Source: Okeania sp. (GTDB lineage: Bacteria > Cyanobacteriota > Cyanobacteriia > Cyanobacteriales > Microcoleaceae). Taken from it: DNA of 12,584 nt. Made by a program: the position numbers and the translations under genes. This document shows, in pieces, positions 7,752 to 12,584 of the stretch; positions within the stretch are counted from its first letter, which is position 1; every line of letters begins with the position of its first letter. Under the pieces are notes generated by a model. The model ran no database searches and was not told the DNA's origin. It saw only the letters and a program-made list of their open reading frames with translations. The stretch lies in contig NZ_JAYKGW010000126.1 in the NCBI RefSeq assembly GCF_035285525.1, positions 1-12,584 of the forward strand. Direction: 5' to 3'.

Positions 7752-7915
7752 AGTTTTTTCTCACAAATTATTTGAGATTGCTATACTAAATTTAGTTTTT
7801 ACTTAAGTCCTAAAAAAGACAAAGTGCTAACTGTAATTCATCAACATTACTACAATGTCAAAACTGTTAATAACGACAGTAGAGGTACTCTGTTAATTAG
7901 AGTTTAATCACTGAG

Positions 7916-7949
7916 GAGCCGGATGAGGTGAAAGTCTCACGTCCGGTTT
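7916..7949 (+). ncRNA. group II intron domain V
   Basis: The 34-nt sequence GAGCCGGAU-GAGGU-GAAA-GUCUC-AC-GUCCGGUUU has the AGC catalytic triad at positions 2-4, a GAAA tetraloop and a 2-nt AC bulge on the 3' strand. This matches the canonical domain V architecture. Confidence 0.9.
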
Positions 7950-7950
7950 T

Positions 7951-7990
7951 GAAGACGAGCAGTTCTGGTGATGGAATTGCTTAGTTTAAC
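7951..7990 (+). ncRNA. group II intron domain VI with candidate branch-point A at 7983
   Basis: The helix pairs 7953-7965 with 7974-7987, around an 8-nt loop TGGTGATG. A7983 is the single bulged base, 7 nt upstream of the proposed 3' splice site (...AAC | TTCTC). Confidence 0.7.
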
Positions 7991-8019
7991 TTCTCTGGCA
8001 ATTAGAAAGAGTAGATTAA
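7991..8019 (+). CDS. exon 2 of the intron-interrupted small HTH-like protein (completes codon A|TT, then LWQLERVD, stop)
   Basis: Joining 4854 to 7991 gives AAC CAA ATT CTC TGG CAA TTA GAA AGA GTA GAT TAA. Total length is 270 nt (89 aa plus stop). The boundary rests on domain VI geometry and on the frame. Confidence 0.65.
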
Positions 8020-8060
8020 ATTTACTCATAATTTTCTGTTGAATTAGGAAATTAAAGATT

Positions 8061-8108
8061 AGCGATCGCTTACTTTTTTAGTTGAGGAGCGATCGCTTAC
8101 TTTTTTTA
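8061..8108. repeat. two copies of AGCGATCGCTTACTTTTTT(T) (HIP1 palindrome plus T-run)
   Basis: Copies at 8061-8080 and 8088-8108, about 40 nt after the exon 2 stop. The palindrome is too short for a convincing terminator stem. Confidence 0.7.
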
Positions 8109-8241
8109 GGAACCTAGAAGAATCTATAGAAGCCTAACCGTATACTTGCTTCCAGGAGGGGCTAACTAGGGCTTGCTGATTAAATCTAAAAGTCTTTATA
8201 GATAGGACTTACTGAAAAAGTCTTTTAGTAGTGGGTAGGAG

Positions 8242-8269
8242 CCAGAATCCAGAATTCAGAACTCAGGAG
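8242..8269. repeat. STRR heptamer array CCAGAAT CCAGAAT TCAGAAC TCAGGAG
   Basis: Four 7-nt units read directly from the sequence. Confidence 0.6.
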
Positions 8270-8478
8270 GAATAAGAATAATAGAAGAGGCAGCCAGAAG
8301 AATCTTCCCTTAATTTTTTGCCTCTCGAAATGCCCAAAATCCTACCTAGATTTTTGAGCTGGAATCACCTAAAAGCTGGTACTTTATTAGGGTCTATAAA
8401 TGCTGAAAGCAATGCCCATAAACACTTTGATAAATAATTTAGCCAGCCCTAGATAGAGGTAAGTGCCTTTTTTAGTCG

Positions 8479-8594
8479 TGATTGATCGGGAACCGTAAAA
8501 GTACCAGATTTTTGCCCCTTTTGGGTAAAAAAGTGAGTATTTTGGTGATAGCAACCAAGTCAAGGAATAATTTTTCTGATTGATCGGGAACCGT
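8479..8594. repeat. 18-nt perfect direct repeat TGATTGATCGGGAACCGT (8479-8496 and 8577-8594) flanking 80 nt of unrelated sequence
   Basis: Read directly from the sequence. The flanks outside the repeats are unrelated to each other. Confidence 0.75.
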
Positions 8595-8746
8595 GTACGC
8601 CTCCTACAACTCCTTATTCCTCTTGACTCTTCACTACTCCCTCCCAAGCGGAAAAAGATAGAAATATATTCCAGAACAGAGCTACTCCAGGAGATACTGA
8701 TAACCATTAGCGCATATCCGACCTAGGAGGCTAACTGATAACTGAA

Positions 8747-10408
8747 TTATGCTGGTTTAGCATAGACTCCCATCAATTCTAGAGTATCCTTAATGTTGAG
8801 AAGCAATTCTTGTTCAATGTTGAGGTATTCAAGTGAATCTATGGTTAGAACATAGGCAAACAACTCAAGCTCGATTGTCTCATTGTTCAAGTTAGTGAGA
8901 CTGACTTTTTCCTCATTAAGTTTTGGATGCTTCGTGAACATACTTCGTAGATTTTCCATAATTTCTGGTAAACTATTATGGGCAATCTCGTAGTTTAAAA
9001 CAACAGTATGCTTGAAAACATACTTATCGCGCCTACTATGATTAACAATCTGAGATGTCGAAACTACCGTATTGGGGACAGTAATAAGGGTGCGATCTTC
9101 CCTCCGAATTAAAGTTCCCTGTAAACCGATATCCTCTATTGTTCCTGTCACACCACCTAGCTCACAAAAATCCCCGATCTGCACCGAACGATTAATAAAT
9201 AAAGTCAAACCACCCACCATATTTTCTATATATGGTCTCACTCCTAAACCAATAGCAATGCCACCAACTCCCAAGCTCGCTAAAATTGGGCCTACAGCTA
9301 TACCAATTTCTGCACTACCATAATAAAAGACTATTAATGCTGCCAAAATTCCTAGCAGATCAAATCCATGACGAGCAATAATTGCTTGAAGTGACTTTTC
9401 TTCAACATGAGACGTATTAGCGATGACATAGCTACCAATGCCATTGAACACCATAAAAACTAACCAACCTAAAACCAAAGCTTCTAAAATAGTTGCTATT
9501 ATCAATAGATTCTCTAAAATTTTACCCGTAATGTTTAATAGTTCATTAACCAGGAACTGCCAAAAGATAATCATCCCCAGAGCTAAAAGCGGTAGCAATA
9601 ATCCTAACCATGCCTTTTGCTTGCGATCAATAGCAGTATAATAACGTTTCACAAAAAGTCGCATTGCCAAAATTTTAGCAATCAGCAATAAAGTGATTGT
9701 CACTAGGCTAAACCATTGCCAGAGAGTCTGTCCATACACCAGTATAGTTGTCCACTTTGGCAGCCAATTACTCCATTTAGGGGGTAGGAGGCTGCCAGGG
9801 GTACTAATATAAAAGGAGTAGAAATTAGGTGAAGTTTTCCATATATTTGATTGATTGTAGGGTAAATTTTTGATCTCTTGATAAAATGTTTTGAGGCGTT
9901 CGACTGTGTCAGTGGAGAAGAGAAATTCTCCTTCATTATAACCTTCTTTAACCAACTCAATGGTAATCTTGCTCTTGGGAACATTCCAACGAGTTATGGA
10001 TTTTGCTGCAACAGTTTGTTCGTTAGGAATTTGGCTGACTGGAGGAAGGCCAACGCGGTCTAACACCTCTTTGAGTAATAATGCAGATTCTATACCAACA
10101 TCTTTACGATCAATAGGGGCAACTTTTTCAAGATTTAAGGTTTGAAGAGCCCTATTAAAAGCCAAATCTGCATCATAGCCTTTTTTTCGCACCTCTGGTG
10201 AGTTCCTGAAACCGCTTTCCTGCTTTGTCTGTTTTTCGGCTTCCTTGAGCAGGACATAAGCCTTATTCATATTTACAATAAATTCCCTGAGAGTGTTATA
10301 TGGACTGGTGGTAATAGGTGGTGCGAGGGGAGTATCGCTTGTATTATTGCCAATAACAGCATACTGACTTAGGAGAATGATAGCAAAAACAACTATCCCT
10401 TGTAACAA
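8747..10408 (-). CDS. MscS-family mechanosensitive ion channel protein with a large N-terminal extracytoplasmic domain
   Basis: 553-aa ORF with several TM helices at about residues 225-390. The Gly/Ala-rich pore-helix-like segment IGIAVGPILASLGVGGIAIGLG is followed by ENMVGGLTLFINRSVQIGDFCELGGVTGTIEDIGLQGTLIRREDRTLITVPNTVVSTSQIVNHS, which is the MscS beta-domain signature. The only in-frame start after the upstream TAA (10417..10415) is TTG at 10408, so the start is uncertain. Confidence 0.85.
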   Translation of the reverse strand: MLQGIVVFAIILLSQYAVIGNNTSDTPLAPPITTSPYNTLREFIVNMNKAYVLLKEAEKQTKQESGFRNSPEVRKKGYDADLAFNRALQTLNLEKVAPIDRKDVGIESALLLKEVLDRVGLPPVSQIPNEQTVAAKSITRWNVPKSKITIELVKEGYNEGEFLFSTDTVERLKTFYQEIKNLPYNQSNIWKTSPNFYSFYISTPGSLLPPKWSNWLPKWTTILVYGQTLWQWFSLVTITLLLIAKILAMRLFVKRYYTAIDRKQKAWLGLLLPLLALGMIIFWQFLVNELLNITGKILENLLIIATILEALVLGWLVFMVFNGIGSYVIANTSHVEEKSLQAIIARHGFDLLGILAALIVFYYGSAEIGIAVGPILASLGVGGIAIGLGVRPYIENMVGGLTLFINRSVQIGDFCELGGVTGTIEDIGLQGTLIRREDRTLITVPNTVVSTSQIVNHSRRDKYVFKHTVVLNYEIAHNSLPEIMENLRSMFTKHPKLNEEKVSLTNLNNETIELELFAYVLTIDSLEYLNIEQELLLNIKDTLELMGVYAKPA

Positions 10409-10651
10409 GAGTTTTTAATTAATCTCATATTCTGATAATAATCTCAACCAAACAATTTTAGAGACACTTTGTTTATAGAAAATAGGAAACACTGAATCTC
10501 AAATTTGTAGTAAATATTTATTCAGGTGATATAATATCGTATTTAGGGTTTCTCTGTAAATATATAGATAAGAATATTGAATAAAGATTTAAAAAATTAG
10601 AAATAAACTTCAAAATTATTGTCGATTGTTTAATGTATAGCAATTCTATTT

Positions 10652-11410
10652 GATTCCTGGTAAGCATTCAGTAGTCAGCCATCAGCTATCAGCTCTTTAA
10701 TAAATAGTGCTAAATCTAGTAATATCAGTTAAATAAAGCATATTATTCCGGTAAGCATTCAGCACTCAGCTATTGATTTTATTTTGAGAAAAAAGCTTGA
10801 TGATACGTTTCCCGATAAATCAGAAATTTTATCTGACTACAAAATTCAGTTCTCACTTTCTTTATTCCTTTAAATATATTTGTTAAAATTGAGGTTTTTA
10901 TTGCTGATGGCTGACAGTTAATAGCTGAATGCTTACGATTCCTGTAAAAGATTTTATTGCTTTTAGGGAATAGGAAACAGGTAGGAGTTTGAGTTTTTTA
11001 TTTACTTTTTTTATTGATCGCAACCTATTTAGGATTGCTATATAATGCACTAGGCTATTTAAGATGAAGTATAAATCTTAATTTTTAATGTAAAATTAAG
11101 CTAAATTTCACAACTTATTCATGCTGTTAGTTTTTCATAAATAAATAATAAAGTAAGCATTTAGCTGTTAGATATTAGCTATCAGTTAGGGTTTTGGGTC
11201 GGAACTGCCTCTTACAGAGGAGCTTTCCTACGGAATGCTTTGTATTCATGTGGTGCAGCGTTATTATTAATGAATATATATCCGACTTTTCTACTTTTGT
11301 AGTAATATTTAATTTTAGCTTAATAGTATGGTTTTTATCACAAATAAAAATCATAGCTGATAGTTTTTAGCTGAGGGCTGTTTGCACAGCATTCTCCAGG
11401 AAATGCTTAC
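10652..11410. repeat. cluster of at least 5 copies, in both orientations, of a roughly 35-45-nt element (ATTCC(T)GGTAAGCATTCAGC + CAGCNAT heptamers)
   Basis: Forward copies at 10652-10695, 10745-10775 and 11153-11189. Inverted copies at 10901-10944 and 11354-11410. Related copies occur at 4321-4367 and 8721-8746. Confidence 0.6.
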
Positions 11411-11445
11411 ATAATAAAACTACTATGTAATGACAGATAAGGTTT

Positions 11446-12297
11446 ATGAAATATCAACTTAAGCAGTTATTATTTTTATTTCCCATACTTCTAATATTAG
11501 TTAGTTGTAGTGGATTTAATAATTCTACAAATACAGGAGAACAGACTCAACCAACACAAACATCTACTACGCCAGCTAAACCATTAGATTATCAAAACTA
11601 CACCTCAATTTTAAAGGAATATGTCAACGACCAAGGATTAGTTGACTACGAAAAATTAAAAGAAAATAGACAACCACTTGATGAGTTTAATGCTGCTATT
11701 GGAGCTGTCACTCCCAGCACTTATAATTCTTGGAATGATTCAGAAAAAATTGCTTTTTTAATTAATTCTTATAACTCTTTAACTTTAGAATCTATTATTG
11801 ATAATTACCCCACTAAAAGTATTAGAAGAATCCCTGGTGTTTGGAAGATTAGAAAATTTGATGTTGCTGGGGAAAAAATGACATTAGACCATATTGAACA
11901 TCAGGTTTTACGGAAAGAATTTAATGAACCAGGTATTCATGTTGCCTTAGTTTGTGCAGCAATAAGTTGTCCTCCACTTAGACGGGAAGCTTACACTGGT
12001 GAACTACTAGAAAAACAATTAGAAGATCAAGCTAGACAATTTTTAGGAGGTAGTCAAGGCTTCAGAATAGACAGTGAAAATAATACTGTTTATTTATCTT
12101 CAATTTTTAAATGGTTTGGTGAAGATTATGAAAAAACTTATGGTCAAGGTGAGAATATTGAAGGTTTAAATAAAACAGAAAGTTCTATTATAAATTATGC
12201 TCGTCAATATGTAAGTTCTGATGCTCAAAACTTTTTAGCAAAAGCTGGTTATAAAGTTAAATATTCTAACTATGATTGGTCTTTGAATGTTCAATAA
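11446..12297 (+). CDS. DUF547 domain-containing lipoprotein
   Basis: Signal peptide with a lipobox (LLILVSCSG). The core AFLINSYNSLTLESII ... GEKMTLDHIEHQVLRKEFNEPGIHVALVCAAISCPPLRREAY matches the DUF547 motif pattern as I remember it (NAYN ... LDxIEHxILR ... RIHFALVCAS.SCPxL). Confidence 0.85.
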   Translation: MKYQLKQLLFLFPILLILVSCSGFNNSTNTGEQTQPTQTSTTPAKPLDYQNYTSILKEYVNDQGLVDYEKLKENRQPLDEFNAAIGAVTPSTYNSWNDSEKIAFLINSYNSLTLESIIDNYPTKSIRRIPGVWKIRKFDVAGEKMTLDHIEHQVLRKEFNEPGIHVALVCAAISCPPLRREAYTGELLEKQLEDQARQFLGGSQGFRIDSENNTVYLSSIFKWFGEDYEKTYGQGENIEGLNKTESSIINYARQYVSSDAQNFLAKAGYKVKYSNYDWSLNVQ

Positions 12298-12319
12298 TAG
12301 TATGGGTATTTTAGTCGAT

Positions 12320-12341
12320 GTAACACAGGCATCTTGCCTGT
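12320..12341. repeat. inverted copy of the downstream repeat core that forms a 7-bp hairpin (ACAGGCA-TCT-TGCCTGT)
   Basis: GTAACACAGGCATCTTGCC (12320-12338) is the reverse complement of GGCAAGATGACTGTGTTAC with one mismatch. The hairpin spans 12325-12341, about 20 nt after the DUF547 stop. Confidence 0.65.
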
Positions 12342-12420
12342 AATAATAGAAATCTGGTTTGTATAAAATGCCTTACTGAAAAACTAGGTTTTTTTGCTCT
12401 GAAGACGGGTTTATTTAATC

Positions 12421-12584
12421 TTACTAACTGGCAAGATGACTGTGTTACTAAACTATTAACTGGCAAGATGACTGTGTTACTAAACTATTAATTGGCAAGA
12501 TGACTGTGTTACTAAACTATTAATTGGCAAGATGACTGTGTTACTAAACTATTAATTGGCAAGATGACTGTGTTACTAAACTAT
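12421..12584 (+). repeat. 32-nt head-to-tail tandem repeat, at least 5 copies, truncated by the window edge
   Basis: The unit is TTGGCAAGATGACTGTGTTACTAAACTATTAA. GGCAAGATGAC starts at 12430, 12462, 12494, 12526 and 12558. Copies are nearly identical and there are no spacers. Confidence 0.9.

Larger units (their letters stand above)
4855..7990 (+). mobile_element. group II intron (3136 nt) carrying a degenerate IEP and many repeat insertions
   Basis: 5' GTGCG at 4855. Structured, GC-richer domain I-III sequence spans about 5279-5690. An IEP ORF sits in domain IV. Domain V is canonical (7916-7949), and domain VI has a bulged A at 7983 with a 3' end ...TTTAAC at 7990. EBS1 and EBS2 candidates are complementary to the end of exon 1. 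Joining the exons keeps the frame. Confidence 0.85.

Noticed and set aside
5279-7990. Treating the second GTGCG (5279) as the only intron 5' end, with the upstream repeats as the exon.
   Set aside because: The sequence before 5279 (TTTAACTT) is not complementary to the EBS1 or EBS2 candidates, whereas the 13 nt before 4855 are. Only the 4854/7991 join restores a coding frame. This is kept as an open question in the findings.
8061-8108. HIP1 palindromes followed by T-runs as intrinsic terminators of the split gene.
   Set aside because: AGCGATCGCT can form only a 3-4-bp stem. This is more likely just a duplicated HIP1-containing repeat.
8387-8707. 106-aa minus-strand ORF.
   Set aside because: The translation is low-complexity and spans the 18-nt direct repeats and other non-coding repeats. 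There is no start context and no recognisable motif, so it is probably spurious.
12421-12584. Possible CRISPR array, given regularly spaced 32-nt repeats.
   Set aside because: The units are directly contiguous with no unique spacers. The repeat has no CRISPR-like terminal palindrome, and no cas genes are visible in the window.

Overview
AT-rich window that looks like a heterocystous (Nostocales-type) cyanobacterial chromosome. It has four HIP1 GCGATCGC sites (2889, 6990, 8062, 8089), many 7-nt STRR arrays and small GC-rich palindromic elements. Ordinary genes: the N-terminal tip of a Ser/Thr-kinase-like gene (1..158, -), an AT-rich orphan membrane ORF (490..849, -), leuS (about 1223..4012, +), an MscS-family channel (8747..10408, -) and a DUF547 lipoprotein (11446..12297, +). 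The stand-out is a bloated 3136-nt group II intron (4855..7990, +). It splits a small HTH-like gene nine codons before its stop (exons 4614..4854 and 7991..8019). Domains V and VI are canonical, and candidate EBS1 and EBS2 are exact complements of the last 13 nt of exon 1. Three things are unusual. (a) The intron-encoded protein is a 497-codon open frame that keeps the maturase X domain but has lost the RT catalytic motifs (YADD is YGNS) and the En domain. (b) The 5' splice junction is separated from the ribozyme body by about 424 nt of tandem repeats that contain degenerate copies of the intron 5' end, with a second GTGCG at 5279. (c) The intron holds several heptamer arrays and palindromic elements, one of them a 126-nt in-frame insertion in the IEP gene. 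Other points: leuS shows a sharp intragenic codon-usage switch and a roughly 70-aa C-terminal insertion. A 32-nt spacer-less tandem array runs off the right edge. The mscS-family gene has only a TTG start, with an out-of-frame ATG that would supply a textbook signal peptide. I see no CRISPR array, tRNA/rRNA gene or recognisable defence operon. All homology statements come from reading motifs by eye and need database confirmation.
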